Positions 1 to 9,828 of a stretch of DNA of 64,000 nt are shown in pieces. The number at the start of each line of letters is the position of its first letter. The stretch's first letter is position 1. Made by a program: the position numbers and the translations under genes. Source of the stretch: Candidatus Latescibacterota bacterium (GTDB lineage Bacteria > Latescibacterota > UBA2968 > GCA-2709665); NCBI GenBank assembly GCA_965248435.1, contig OZ252100.1:160001-224000 (forward strand), written 5' to 3'. The notes beneath the pieces were generated by a model. It made no database searches and was not told the origin of the DNA. It worked only from the letters and a program-made list of their open reading frames with translations.

Positions 1-1
1 A

Positions 2-1795
2 GGGGGAACAAAACGGGCAAGCAATATTTCTCAGCATTTTCAACACCGCCTGGGGGACGTAGAAAGAGGGTTTGGGCAGTCCGACGTGATCGTGGAGCGG
101 GAATTCGAGACCGGGATGGTACACCAGGGTTACATCGAGCCCCAGAATGCGACGGCCCTCTGGAACCCTGACGGCACGCTGACGGTCTGGACAAGCAATC
201 AGGGACACTTCGGAGTCAGGGATCAGCTTGCCCACATCCTGGACATGCCTGTTTCCAAAATCAAGGTGGTACCGGCCGAAATCGGCGGCGGTTTCGGAGG
301 GAAGATCAAGGTCTACCTGGAGCCGCTGGCTGCGTTGCTCTCCAAAGAGACGGGTAGTCCCGTGAAATTCGTGATGACCCGGACAGAAGTGATACAGGCG
401 ACCGGACCGACGTCAGGTTCCTACATTCGCGCAAAGGTGGGGGCAACCCGGGAGGGGAAATTGGTCGCGGCCTACGCCTACCTGGCATACGAGGCCGGTG
501 CGTTTCCGGGTTCGCCCGTCGGTGCAGGCGCACGGTGTATGTTTGCGCCATATCATATCGAAAACCAGCAGATCGATGCATTCGAGGCGGTCGTGAACAA
601 GCCGTCCACATCCGCGTATCGTGCTCCCGGGGCCTCAAACGCCGCATTCGCCTCTGAGACGGTCATCGATGAGATCTGTGAACAGCTGGAGTTGGACCCG
701 CTGGAATTCAGGCAGAAAAATACGGCCACTGAGGGCACGCGCATCGCCGACGGCGTCGTCCTTCCCAGGATCGGTCATGAAGAGGTTTTGAAGACGGCCC
801 TGGAGAGTGATCACTACAAAACGCCCCTGAAGGGCCCAAACCGGGGTCGTGGGGTAGCGACAGGTTTCTGGCATAACGGCGGCGGGATTTCGAGCGCGAC
901 GGCCGCCGTGAACTCCGACGGCACAGTCAGCCTTGTCGAGGGGTCCGTGGACATCGGCGGTACCCGGACCTCCTCTGCCATGCAGCTTGCAGAGGTCCTC
1001 GGCATTTCGGCCGAAGACGTGATCCCAACGGTGGGGGATACGACAGGAATCGGATTCACCCGGCAAACCGGGGGCAGTCGGACCACGTTCGCGACCGGGT
1101 GGGCCTCCTACAAGGCCGCGCTAGATGTCAAGTGGCAGTTGATCGAGCGGGCGGCGGCGACCTGGGAAATGCCTGAAGATGATATCGAATACACGGATGG
1201 ACAAATACGGTCGAAATCCGATCCTTCTAAAACGATGACCTTCAAGGAACTCGCCGCGAACCTGTTTCAGACGGGCGGTCCGGTGATCGGCAGGGCGACG
1301 GTGAACCTGCCTGGCGGCACGGGGCCGGCCTTTTCTCTGACCATCGTAGACGTAGAAGTGGATCCTGACACCGGGAAAGTGGAGATCCTGCGGTGTAGCA
1401 TGGTGCAGGACGTCGGGAAGGCGATTCATCCCAGCTACGTGGAGGGGCAGATGCAGGGAGGCATGGCGCAGGGCATTGGATGGGCCCTGAACGAAGAATA
1501 TATTTATAATGAAGAAGGTGAGCTCACGAATGCGAGCTTCCTCGACTACCGGATGCCGACCTGCCTGGACCTTCCTATGGTGGACGCGATTATCGTGGAG
1601 GTGCCAAACCTGCAACACCCATTCGGAGTGAGAGGTGTGGGGGAAGTCCCCATCGTTTCTCCCCCCCCTGCTGTCGCCAACGCGATTTTCCACGCGATCG
1701 GCGTTCGGATGGATGTCCTGCCGATGACCCCGGGGCGCATCCTCCAGGCCCTCTGGCACAGTGGAGATGGTAACGGGAGGATCGACAGTGTCTGA
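2..1795 (+). CDS. Xanthine dehydrogenase family molybdopterin-binding (large) subunit, 5' partial, paralog 1
   Basis: Frame is open from the window start (GGTKRASNISQHFQHRLGDVERGF...) and aligns with the full paralog at 7525-9825. Motifs HQGYIEP, GGGFGGK, AYRAPG, GQMQGG, GVGE. Confidence 0.93.
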   Translation, partial: GGTKRASNISQHFQHRLGDVERGFGQSDVIVEREFETGMVHQGYIEPQNATALWNPDGTLTVWTSNQGHFGVRDQLAHILDMPVSKIKVVPAEIGGGFGGKIKVYLEPLAALLSKETGSPVKFVMTRTEVIQATGPTSGSYIRAKVGATREGKLVAAYAYLAYEAGAFPGSPVGAGARCMFAPYHIENQQIDAFEAVVNKPSTSAYRAPGASNAAFASETVIDEICEQLELDPLEFRQKNTATEGTRIADGVVLPRIGHEEVLKTALESDHYKTPLKGPNRGRGVATGFWHNGGGISSATAAVNSDGTVSLVEGSVDIGGTRTSSAMQLAEVLGISAEDVIPTVGDTTGIGFTRQTGGSRTTFATGWASYKAALDVKWQLIERAAATWEMPEDDIEYTDGQIRSKSDPSKTMTFKELAANLFQTGGPVIGRATVNLPGGTGPAFSLTIVDVEVDPDTGKVEILRCSMVQDVGKAIHPSYVEGQMQGGMAQGIGWALNEEYIYNEEGELTNASFLDYRMPTCLDLPMVDAIIVEVPNLQHPFGVRGVGEVPIVSPPPAVANAIFHAIGVRMDVLPMTPGRILQALWHSGDGNGRIDSV

Positions 1796-2492
1796 AACGG
1801 AAGCGCTTGAGTTTCGCTATACGTTCTCTTTCCCGGACGGAACGGAGGAGCGGTTCGAGCTTATCCTGGACCCGGACAGTCTGGTCCCCATCGAGGATGA
1901 GCCGGAAGATCTGCCCCATTGGACCGATCTCGAATTCCACAAGTGTTCTCACTGTCCCTTGAGTACCGAAACGCATCCGCACTGCCCCCTCGCCGCGCGC
2001 CTCGCGAATCTGGTCGATCGGTTCGGCAGGATCGTTTCCTTCGAACAGCTCAAGGTCGAGGTCGTCACGCCGGAACGCACGGTTAGCAAAGAGACGACCG
2101 CGCAACAGGGCCTGAGCGCTCTGATGGGGCTGGTTATGGCCACGAGCGGCTGTCCCCAAACGGCCTACTTCAAGCCGATGGCACGGTTTCACGTGCCCCT
2201 GGCGACGGCTGAAGGGACCCTCTACCGGGCGGCTTCGATGTACCTGCTGGCGCAATATTTCGTGAACGAGGCCGGGGGCGAGCCGGATCTGAAATTCGAA
2301 GGCCTGACCAGGATCTATGAGAACCTCCAGACGTTGAACTCGGCGATGGCGGATCGAGTGCGTTCGACCATAGAGAAGGACGCGGCGGTGAACGCCATTG
2401 CGATCCTGGACGTCTTCGCGATGAGTGGTTCGTTCGACATTCAGGATCAGCTAAAGGATATTCAGCACTTCTTCGCAGCCTACTTTGAATGA
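1788..2492 (+). CDS. Conserved hypothetical Cys-containing protein (DUF6901-like)
   Basis: GTG at 1788 after a GGGAGG SD, overlapping the upstream stop. CxxCPL..HCP, SGCP and KPMARFHVPLAT motifs recalled from DUF6901-type proteins. Confidence 0.7.
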   Translation: MSETEALEFRYTFSFPDGTEERFELILDPDSLVPIEDEPEDLPHWTDLEFHKCSHCPLSTETHPHCPLAARLANLVDRFGRIVSFEQLKVEVVTPERTVSKETTAQQGLSALMGLVMATSGCPQTAYFKPMARFHVPLATAEGTLYRAASMYLLAQYFVNEAGGEPDLKFEGLTRIYENLQTLNSAMADRVRSTIEKDAAVNAIAILDVFAMSGSFDIQDQLKDIQHFFAAYFE

Positions 2493-2566
2493 CCGTATCT
2501 CGTATCTCGTGAAACGCACCTCGCAAAACCCTTAGCCTCGAGAATAAGAGATACAGTTTTAGGAAT

Positions 2567-2594
2567 TTGTAAAACCCTGCCTTTTTAGTATATT
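2567..2594 (+). promoter_or_regulatory. Putative sigma70 promoter for rhodanese gene
   Basis: TTGTAA-16nt-TATATT in an AT-rich gap upstream of 2654. Confidence 0.4.
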
Positions 2595-2653
2595 CGGACA
2601 CTCAGACGGGGTGATCCGCTAGATACAAACCTGATCTAGATCGGGAAAAGCGA

Positions 2654-3097
2654 ATGCCGATTCAGCAAATGAACTCTCCTGAAGCCAAAGCGGCCATGGA
2701 TGAAAATCCTGGAGCTGTGTATCTGGATGTGCGCACGGAGATGGAGTTCGAGCAGGGTCATCCCGAAGGCGCGATCAACGTGCCCGTGGCTTTCCCGCAA
2801 CCCGGAGGAGGCATGCAGCTGAACGCTGAGTTTCTTTCAGTGGTGGAAAAGGTCCTTCCTCACGACAAACAGATCGTCTGCGGCTGTCAGGCAGGGATGC
2901 GGTCTCAGAGGGCAGCCGAGATTATGGAGGGCGCTGGATACGAAAACCTGGTCAACGTAGATGGAGGCTTTGGAGGCAAGGTGGATCAGAGCGGCATGCT
3001 CGTCGTGCCGGGGTGGCGAGATTCGGATCTACCGGTTTCTGCGGAGGTGACCGACGATAACTCTTATCAGGGCCTCAAAAAGAAGGCCGGACTCTGA
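2654..3097 (+). CDS. Single-domain rhodanese-like sulfurtransferase
   Basis: YLDVRT..EF..GHPEGAINVP and active-loop CQAGMRS. Confidence 0.9.
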   Translation: MPIQQMNSPEAKAAMDENPGAVYLDVRTEMEFEQGHPEGAINVPVAFPQPGGGMQLNAEFLSVVEKVLPHDKQIVCGCQAGMRSQRAAEIMEGAGYENLVNVDGGFGGKVDQSGMLVVPGWRDSDLPVSAEVTDDNSYQGLKKKAGL

Positions 3098-3243
3098 GCG
3101 GCTCCTTCCTGTCAACGAGGATTGCGATCCATAATCTGAGGCGTAACCCCTTCAGGGAAAAGGCGTTTCCAGAATATGTTGATACTCACGGTCAAGTATA
3201 GATCAGGATAATTTCCTGGACCGAAAGAGGAGATGTCCCTGTC

Positions 3244-3273
3244 GGGGTGTGCCGCTGCGGCGCACCCCTTTTT
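3244..3273 (+). terminator. Intrinsic terminator / possible attenuator hairpin directly upstream of ABC transporter
   Basis: GGGGTGTGCCG-CTG-CGGCGCACCCC (11 bp stem, one G-U) followed by TTTTT. Confidence 0.65.
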
Positions 3274-3308
3274 CTATTCGAGCAAACTTTTTGTGGGAGA
3301 AGAGATCA

Positions 3309-4175
3309 GTGGAGGTCAATCACGATACCCCTGCCGTTTTCTGTAAAGAGCTCACTAAAATCTTCTGGTTGAGAGCAAAACCGAAGGAGCCGGGAAATGG
3401 GCTGCTGAGTAGACTTCGAAGGGTCCGAAAACCGATACATGCCGTAGATGACGTCAGCTTCGAAGTCCCCAGAGGAGAGATCTTCGGCATCCTGGGGCCG
3501 AATGGCTCCGGCAAGTCAACGCTGATCAGGATTCTTTCGACCCTCGTCTTTCCAGATTCAGGAGAGGCCAAAATCTTTGGACTTGACGTCGTGCGAGATG
3601 CGATGGAGGTCCAGCGCCGCATCACGCGTGTTTCAGTGGACGCGGCCTTCTTCAAGAAACTCTCGGCGTGGGAGAATCTGAGTTACGCGGCCCGTCTCTA
3701 TGGTGTGCCCGTGAAGGAAGCAAGACGACGAACCGAGCGGATCCTTGGGGAGATGGGGTTCGAGCCGGACCGAATGAACCAGCCCCTCGAGGACCTGTCT
3801 CGAGGGATGCAGCAGAAGATCGCCGTCGCCCGAGCCCTGTTCCCGTCTCCTTCGCTACTGCTCCTGGACGAACCGACGACCGGACTCGATCCTGTCTCGA
3901 AGCGGCAGGTGCAGGACTACGTGCTTCGCATCCGAAAACGCGACAACGTCACCGTATTGTTGACTACACACGACATGGATGAAGCGGAGCGGGTCTGCGA
4001 CCGGCTTTCCATCATTCATCACGGAAAATTCATCGCAATGGGCACCTTCGAACAAATCCAACAACAGGCCGGCTGCGTGGGTGGGTCGTTGGAAGAGATC
4101 TTCTTCCAGATGACGGGTACGGACCTTGCTCACGCCGATCTGGAGAGCGAATCGGGTCCAGGAGGTGGAGAATGA
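3309..4175 (+). CDS. ABC transporter ATP-binding protein (DrrA/ABC-2 exporter type)
   Basis: Walker A GPNGSGKS, signature LSRGMQQK, Walker B LLLLDEPT, H-loop TTH. GTG at 3309 follows GGGAGA. Confidence 0.93.
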   Translation: MEVNHDTPAVFCKELTKIFWLRAKPKEPGNGLLSRLRRVRKPIHAVDDVSFEVPRGEIFGILGPNGSGKSTLIRILSTLVFPDSGEAKIFGLDVVRDAMEVQRRITRVSVDAAFFKKLSAWENLSYAARLYGVPVKEARRRTERILGEMGFEPDRMNQPLEDLSRGMQQKIAVARALFPSPSLLLLDEPTTGLDPVSKRQVQDYVLRIRKRDNVTVLLTTHDMDEAERVCDRLSIIHHGKFIAMGTFEQIQQQAGCVGGSLEEIFFQMTGTDLAHADLESESGPGGGE

Positions 4176-4990
4176 ACTCGGTCATCGCGGAGGTGAAGGC
4201 CTCGGTGGCCTTCGTCGAACGCAACTTTAATCTGTCCAAACGGTATGCGGCGTGGGAAATAATCTTTCTGCTCTGGAACATCGTTCACGTCCTGACGATC
4301 GGCCTCATCGGGGTCTACATGGCGGAAGGTGACGCGGAGCGGGCCGCTCAGAACGTGATTTTCCTGATGGTCGGCGCGCTCCTCTGGAACTTCCTGAGAC
4401 TGCTGTTCTTTGAGGTGGCCGAGGCGATAGCGTGGGAACGCTGGGAGGGGACGATTGAATACACCTTCATGGCGCCAGTCCACCGGTTGACGCATCTGCT
4501 AGGGCAGTGCATCTTTGCGATCATCTATGGGTTTATCCGGGTGGGGATCGTGCTGACGATAGCGATCATGTTCTTCGGTTTGAGCATCGAGCACGGGAAT
4601 CTCCCGACGGCTGCCGTGGTTCTGGTGACAGCCAGCATTTCCTTCATCGGGCTGGGACTGATGGCGGCTGTTTTCCCGCTGCTGTCTCCAGAAAAAGGTG
4701 CCCGGGCCACGGACATATTCGGGACCCTACTGCTTCTGGTCTCCGGCGTTTATTATGAGGTGTCGGTCCTCCCAGACTGGCTGCGGCCTTTTTCTGTAAT
4801 CTCCCCGGGGACGTATGCCCTGCGTTCGATCCGAGCGGCCCTTCTGCACAACGCACCGCTGTCCGCAGTGCAGGGAGACCTGGTCATTCTGGGATTGACT
4901 GGCATTATCATGATCCCCCTTGGCCTCTTTGTTTTTCACGTCGCAGAAAACTATGCAAAACGAACGGGCAAACTCAAGCGGAGCGGCTGA
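4172..4990 (+). CDS. ABC-2 type transporter permease
   Basis: About six hydrophobic segments, WERWEGTIEY motif, ATGA overlap with the ATPase gene. Confidence 0.9.
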   Translation: MNSVIAEVKASVAFVERNFNLSKRYAAWEIIFLLWNIVHVLTIGLIGVYMAEGDAERAAQNVIFLMVGALLWNFLRLLFFEVAEAIAWERWEGTIEYTFMAPVHRLTHLLGQCIFAIIYGFIRVGIVLTIAIMFFGLSIEHGNLPTAAVVLVTASISFIGLGLMAAVFPLLSPEKGARATDIFGTLLLLVSGVYYEVSVLPDWLRPFSVISPGTYALRSIRAALLHNAPLSAVQGDLVILGLTGIIMIPLGLFVFHVAENYAKRTGKLKRSG

Positions 4991-4994
4991 TCCC

Positions 4995-6086
4995 GTGGGC
5001 ATTCGGAATCGACGCGCCACGGGACGTCAGGATGTTGGAAAGGCCCTGCTGCTCGAGCACGCTGCCGTAGAGCCTGGAGAGCGAATGCTCGATCTGGGTC
5101 GCGCAGGCGATCCCCTTGCCCTCAATTTCGCCGATCAGGCCGGCATCGTCTCGTTCGTCAGTCCCGACATTCGCGCCGTCCGAACGTGCCAGCGGGAGAT
5201 GGATCGACAGGGGACCAAGAACATCAACGCGATTCTGGATGACACCTTGCAAGAGGTTCCCGGTCGACCCTTCGATGTTGCCGTATACGAGCCCGTCAAA
5301 TGGGCGGCGAAGGGGTGGGTTTTCAAGCAGATCGATGAAACCTTCCGGATGCTTCGTGTTGGAGGGCGTTTTTGTATCTCCGGTCGAAAGGACCGGGGTG
5401 TAGAAAGCTATAAAGGCCGGTTGGAGGCCGTGTTCGGGAACGTGGACCTGATCTCCAAAAAGGGCGGAAATCGCTGCTACCGGGCCTTGAAGGAAAAGGA
5501 TCTACCCTGCGCGGAACCGGTAGAGACGCGTTTCACGACAGAGATTGCAGACCTTCCCGTGGGGCCCTACAGGCTGGAAGTTCGGGCCGGGGTGTTTTCC
5601 CGAGACGGCCTGGACGAAGGCACGCGATTCCTGATCGAGACGATGAAGGTCGGGGAGGCAGATCGCGTGCTGGACCTCGGGTGTGGTGCCGGGTCGATCG
5701 GTCTCGTCGCGGCTCGGATGGCCCACAATGGTGAGGTTACTTTGCTCGACGTGGACCTGAGGGCAGTGCGATGCGCGAGCCGGAATTTGGAACTGAATGC
5801 TGTTGAGAATGCGAGCGTCGCGTTGAGCGACGCATTCGAGGCTGTATCTGGACAGACATTCGACCTGATCCTGTCCAATCCCCCCTCACACGAAGGGGCG
5901 ACCACGGGCCGGGCCTTCGTTCGCGGGGCGGCCCGACATCTCGCATCGGACGGGCAATTCCTGGTGGTGTCAACCCGGGGAAATCCCTACCGCTTGCAGA
6001 TGGTGAAACAGTTCGAAAGGGTGGAGGAGATAGGGACTCGAGGCCCCTATTCCATCCTTCGTGCCAGACATCCGAAAAGGGCTTGA
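4995..6086 (+). CDS. Class I SAM-dependent methyltransferase, RsmC/RlmG-like two-domain
   Basis: GVFSRDGLDEGT, LDLGCGAG and SNPP motifs with a degenerate N-terminal MTase-like domain. Start placed at GTG 4995 after the permease stop (uncertain). Confidence 0.82.
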   Translation: MGIRNRRATGRQDVGKALLLEHAAVEPGERMLDLGRAGDPLALNFADQAGIVSFVSPDIRAVRTCQREMDRQGTKNINAILDDTLQEVPGRPFDVAVYEPVKWAAKGWVFKQIDETFRMLRVGGRFCISGRKDRGVESYKGRLEAVFGNVDLISKKGGNRCYRALKEKDLPCAEPVETRFTTEIADLPVGPYRLEVRAGVFSRDGLDEGTRFLIETMKVGEADRVLDLGCGAGSIGLVAARMAHNGEVTLLDVDLRAVRCASRNLELNAVENASVALSDAFEAVSGQTFDLILSNPPSHEGATTGRAFVRGAARHLASDGQFLVVSTRGNPYRLQMVKQFERVEEIGTRGPYSILRARHPKRA

Positions 6087-6111
6087 CAGTATGTTCGGGA
6101 AGGAGTATTCT
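6083..6111 (+). promoter_or_regulatory. Sigma70 promoter for XDH-family operon
   Basis: TTGACA-17nt-TATTCT upstream of an AGGAGG SD and TTG start at 6169. Confidence 0.65.
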
Positions 6112-6168
6112 GTATTCCGCTGCCGAAAACCTTCGGATTCGATCTCCCCAAGATAGGAGGAAGCCACT

Positions 6169-7038
6169 TTGTATGCATTCGACTATGCTGCTCCCCAAAG
6201 CGTCGACGAAGCGGTCTCGCTGCTTTCGGCAGATGGCGATCAGACACGCATCCTGGCCGGCGGAACAGACCTTATTCCGCAGTTGAAGGAAGGGCGAAGG
6301 CGGCTGAAGCTGTTGGTCGACGTCAAAGGAATTCCCGAAGCCAATGTGCTTTCTTACACATCGGGGGAGGGGCTCCGAATTGGGTCTGCGGTTCCTTGTT
6401 GCTCGATTTACGAGTATGATGCGGTCCCGACCAACTATCCCGCACTGGTGGATTCCACATCCCTGATCGGTTCGATCCAGATCCAGGGCCGGGCCACTGT
6501 CGGTGGCAACCTGTGCAATGCCTCGCCTGCGGCGGACAGCATCCCTGCGGTGATCGTCCTGGAAGGCGTGTGTGAAATCGCGGGGCCGAACGGCACGCGC
6601 GAAGTCCCCGCAGAGGCGTTCTGCACGGGACCCGGGCAGTCTGTACTGGAAAAGGGTGAACTTCTGGTCTCCGTCCGGTTCCCGACTCCGAAACCCAAGT
6701 CGGGGGCCTTTTTCCTCAGATTCATCCCGAGAAATGAGATGGATATCGCTGTAGTGAATGCTGCGGTCTCCGTCGTGCTTGATGGCAACTCGATTTCGTC
6801 AGCGCGAATCGCAGTGGGGGCCGTTGCGCCGACGCCGCTCTTCCTGACGGATGCGGCCCAGCTTCTCGAAGGTCAGGAGATATCGGACGATTTGATTGAA
6901 AAGGCGGCCGGAGTCGCGCGCGATGCGGCTCGACCGATTACAGATATGCGAGGAACGGTGGATCAGAGACGCCATCTCGCGGGCGTGTTGACCAAACGAG
7001 CGTTGAAGGGTGCCATCCAAAGATCAAAGGAGTCTTGA
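6169..7038 (+). CDS. Xanthine dehydrogenase family FAD-binding (CoxM-like) subunit
   Basis: LAGGTDLIP, ATVGGNLCNASPAAD, PITDMRG motifs. Confidence 0.93.
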   Translation: MYAFDYAAPQSVDEAVSLLSADGDQTRILAGGTDLIPQLKEGRRRLKLLVDVKGIPEANVLSYTSGEGLRIGSAVPCCSIYEYDAVPTNYPALVDSTSLIGSIQIQGRATVGGNLCNASPAADSIPAVIVLEGVCEIAGPNGTREVPAEAFCTGPGQSVLEKGELLVSVRFPTPKPKSGAFFLRFIPRNEMDIAVVNAAVSVVLDGNSISSARIAVGAVAPTPLFLTDAAQLLEGQEISDDLIEKAAGVARDAARPITDMRGTVDQRRHLAGVLTKRALKGAIQRSKES

Positions 7039-7042
7039 ACCG

Positions 7043-7525
7043 ATGCCTGGCAAAGTACACATAGAGACCAAGATTAACGGCGAGGACACTGAGTTCCTCT
7101 GCGAGCCCCGGCAGACGCTCCTTGAAGTGCTGAGAGATGAGCTGGGACTGACCGGCAGCAAAGAGGGTTGCAGCAATGGGAACTGTGGGGCCTGCAGCGT
7201 CATCGTGGACGGCCGTGTGGTAGACTCCTGTCTGGTGCTGGGCGTAGAGACCGCCGGAAAGGAGATCACGACCATCGAGGGAATCGCGACTGCTGAGGGA
7301 CTGCATCCGCTGCAGCAGAAGTTTCTTGAACACGCCGCGCTTCAGTGCGGTATCTGCACGCCTGGTTTCATCGTAGCGGCAAAGGCGCTCCTGGACCGGG
7401 AGTCGAGTCCTTCGGAGCATCGAATTCGTCTGTGGCTCGCGGGTAACCTCTGTCGCTGCACCGGTTACGACAAAATCGTCAGGGCGGTTATGGACGTTGC
7501 TGGCGTCTCGGAGGGCAAGAACTGA
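7043..7525 (+). CDS. (2Fe-2S)-binding (CoxS-like) subunit
   Basis: GCSNGNCGAC...SC, QCGICTPG, NLCRCTGY. Confidence 0.95.
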   Translation: MPGKVHIETKINGEDTEFLCEPRQTLLEVLRDELGLTGSKEGCSNGNCGACSVIVDGRVVDSCLVLGVETAGKEITTIEGIATAEGLHPLQQKFLEHAALQCGICTPGFIVAAKALLDRESSPSEHRIRLWLAGNLCRCTGYDKIVRAVMDVAGVSEGKN

Positions 7526-9825
7526 TGGCAAGTAAAACGGAAGAGTACCTGGGCCTGAAGGAATACAAAGTCATCGGTACCCGACCCATCCGTCACGACG
7601 GGGTCGACAAGGTCACGGGACGCGCGATTTATGGTGCGGATGTACAGCTGACGGGCCTGCTCCACGGAAAAGTATTACGCAGTCCGCACGCACACGCGCG
7701 CATCCGCTCGATCGACACGAGCCGTGCCGAGTCGCTGCCAGGTGTCAAAGCGGTGATTACGGCAAAAGATATCCCCGTACCGGAGGCGGGCGGCACCTCT
7801 CTCGGCAAGTCAGGGATGAACCTGAGCTACCTTCGAGAGAGTGTTCTGGCGGACAAGAAAGTGCTCTTCCACGGCCACCCCGTGGCGGCTGTGGCTTCGG
7901 CGAACCCCAACGTGGCAGAGGAGGCGCTGGATCTGATCGAGGTGGATTATGAGCTCCTACCTCCGGTGCTCGACGTGCGAGAAGCGATGAAGGGCGATGC
8001 CCCCCTCTTGTTAGAGGACCAGACCACGAAGGTGGGTGGCGAAGATACGGGCAAGAAGAGCAATGTCGCCACTCAGTTCCAGCACAAGCTGGGTGACGTA
8101 GAGAAAGGCTTCAAGGAGGCGGATGTCGTCATCGAGCGTGAGTTTCACACCGGGACGGTGCATCAGGGATATATCGAACCTCAAAACGCGACGGCGATGT
8201 GGAACGCGGACGGTCAACTGACGATATGGTGCAGCACCCAGGGGGCGTTCTGGGTGCGGGACCAGGTGGCTCCGCTTCTGCAGATACCGGTTTCCAAGGT
8301 CAAGATTGTCCCGACCGAGATCGGGGGCGGGTTTGGCGGCAAGATCCGAATCTACCTGGAACCGCTTGCCGCGATTCTTTCGAAGAAGACCGGCAAGCCG
8401 GTGAAGATGGTGATGAGCCGAACGGAGGTCATTCAAGCGACGGGTCCGACGCCCGGTTCGTATGTTCGTGCGAAGATGGGCGCCACGAAAGATGGAAAGC
8501 TAGTTGCCGGCGAGGCCTACTTGGCCTACGAATCAGGCACCCATCCGGGAGGATGGGCCGATTGCGGGGCCATGTGCATCTTCGCGCCTTACGACATACA
8601 GAACGTGCTGATCGACGGATTCAACGTGGTCGTGAACAAGACCCAGACGCAGGCCTACCGTGCGCCCGGCGCGACCAATGCGGCGTTTGCGTCGGAGACG
8701 ATCATCGACGAGATCTGTGAGAAGATAGGGATGGATCCCCTGGAGTTTCGACTTAAGAATTCGGCGAAAGAGGGCACAAGACGCGCAGACGGCCCGGTCT
8801 TTCCAAGGATCGGACACGAGCAGTGTGTAGAGGCCTCCAAGGCGAGTCCACACTATTCGGCCCCACTGGAGGGGCCGAATCGGGGCCGGGGCGTGGCATC
8901 CGGCTTCTGGTTCAACGTCGGGTTCATGTCGAGTGCGTGTGCGAGCGTGAACGATGATGGGACGGTCAGTCTTGTCGAAGGATCGACGGATATCGGTGGG
9001 TCTCGGACGTCCATCGCGATGCACCTTGCGGAGGCCCTGGGCATTTCCGCCGAGGAAGTGAAGCCGATGGTCGCCGATACCGATGCAGTCGGCTACACCG
9101 ACGTTACGGGCGGAAGCCGCACCACCTTCGCCACGGGTTGGGCGGCCTACGAGGCGGGGCAGGACATCAAACTTCAGATGGTTCAGCGCGCGGCCATCCA
9201 CTGGGAGATCTCAGAGGATGACGTGGAGTATGAGGACGGCACCTTGAAGTCCAAGTCTGATCCGTCCAAATCCATGACCTTCAAGGAGGTCGCCGAAAAA
9301 CTGGGCAGTACAGGTGGACCCATCGTTGGACGCGGGACGGTCGATCCTCAAGGGGTCGGTGGATCCTATGCACATATGCTCGTCGATGTGGAAGTTGACC
9401 CTGAGACTGGAAAGGTCGAGGTCTTACGTGCCACAATGATCCAGGACGCAGGAAAGGCCATTCATCCCAGCTACGTTGAAGGTCAGATGCAGGGCGGTAC
9501 GGTTCAGGGGATCGGTTGGGCATTGAACGAAGAATATTTCTATAACGAGAAGGGTCAACTGACGAACGCGAGTTTCCTCGACTACCGGATGCCGACATGT
9601 CTGGATGTTCCCATGGTCAACACTGTGATCGTCGAGGTGCCAAACCCAGGGCATCCATACGGGGTGAGAGGCGTGGGTGAAGCGAATATCGTTCCGCCTC
9701 CCGCGGCCGTTGCCAATGCGATCTATGACGCTGTAGGGGTGAGGATGAACGTGCTTCCAATGTCGCCCGGCAACATCTTGAAGGCGATTGCGGCAAAGGA
9801 GAATGGGGGGGACGGAAAGGCGTAA
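7525..9825 (+). CDS. Xanthine dehydrogenase family molybdopterin-binding (large) subunit, paralog 2
   Basis: KVTGRAIY, RSPHAHARI, GGGFGGK, AYRAPG, GVGE; TGATG coupling with the small subunit gene. Confidence 0.95.
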   Translation: MASKTEEYLGLKEYKVIGTRPIRHDGVDKVTGRAIYGADVQLTGLLHGKVLRSPHAHARIRSIDTSRAESLPGVKAVITAKDIPVPEAGGTSLGKSGMNLSYLRESVLADKKVLFHGHPVAAVASANPNVAEEALDLIEVDYELLPPVLDVREAMKGDAPLLLEDQTTKVGGEDTGKKSNVATQFQHKLGDVEKGFKEADVVIEREFHTGTVHQGYIEPQNATAMWNADGQLTIWCSTQGAFWVRDQVAPLLQIPVSKVKIVPTEIGGGFGGKIRIYLEPLAAILSKKTGKPVKMVMSRTEVIQATGPTPGSYVRAKMGATKDGKLVAGEAYLAYESGTHPGGWADCGAMCIFAPYDIQNVLIDGFNVVVNKTQTQAYRAPGATNAAFASETIIDEICEKIGMDPLEFRLKNSAKEGTRRADGPVFPRIGHEQCVEASKASPHYSAPLEGPNRGRGVASGFWFNVGFMSSACASVNDDGTVSLVEGSTDIGGSRTSIAMHLAEALGISAEEVKPMVADTDAVGYTDVTGGSRTTFATGWAAYEAGQDIKLQMVQRAAIHWEISEDDVEYEDGTLKSKSDPSKSMTFKEVAEKLGSTGGPIVGRGTVDPQGVGGSYAHMLVDVEVDPETGKVEVLRATMIQDAGKAIHPSYVEGQMQGGTVQGIGWALNEEYFYNEKGQLTNASFLDYRMPTCLDVPMVNTVIVEVPNPGHPYGVRGVGEANIVPPPAAVANAIYDAVGVRMNVLPMSPGNILKAIAAKENGGDGKA

Positions 9826-9828
9826 GCC

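Noticed and set aside
2493-2512. CGTATCT heptamer repeat after the DUF6901-like gene
   Set aside because: Only about 2.5 copies and not seen elsewhere in the window; too short to interpret.
7525-9825. Aerobic CO dehydrogenase (coxMSL) call
   Set aside because: Gene order fits, but the active-site loop is AYRAPG, not AYxCSFR or AYxGAGR.
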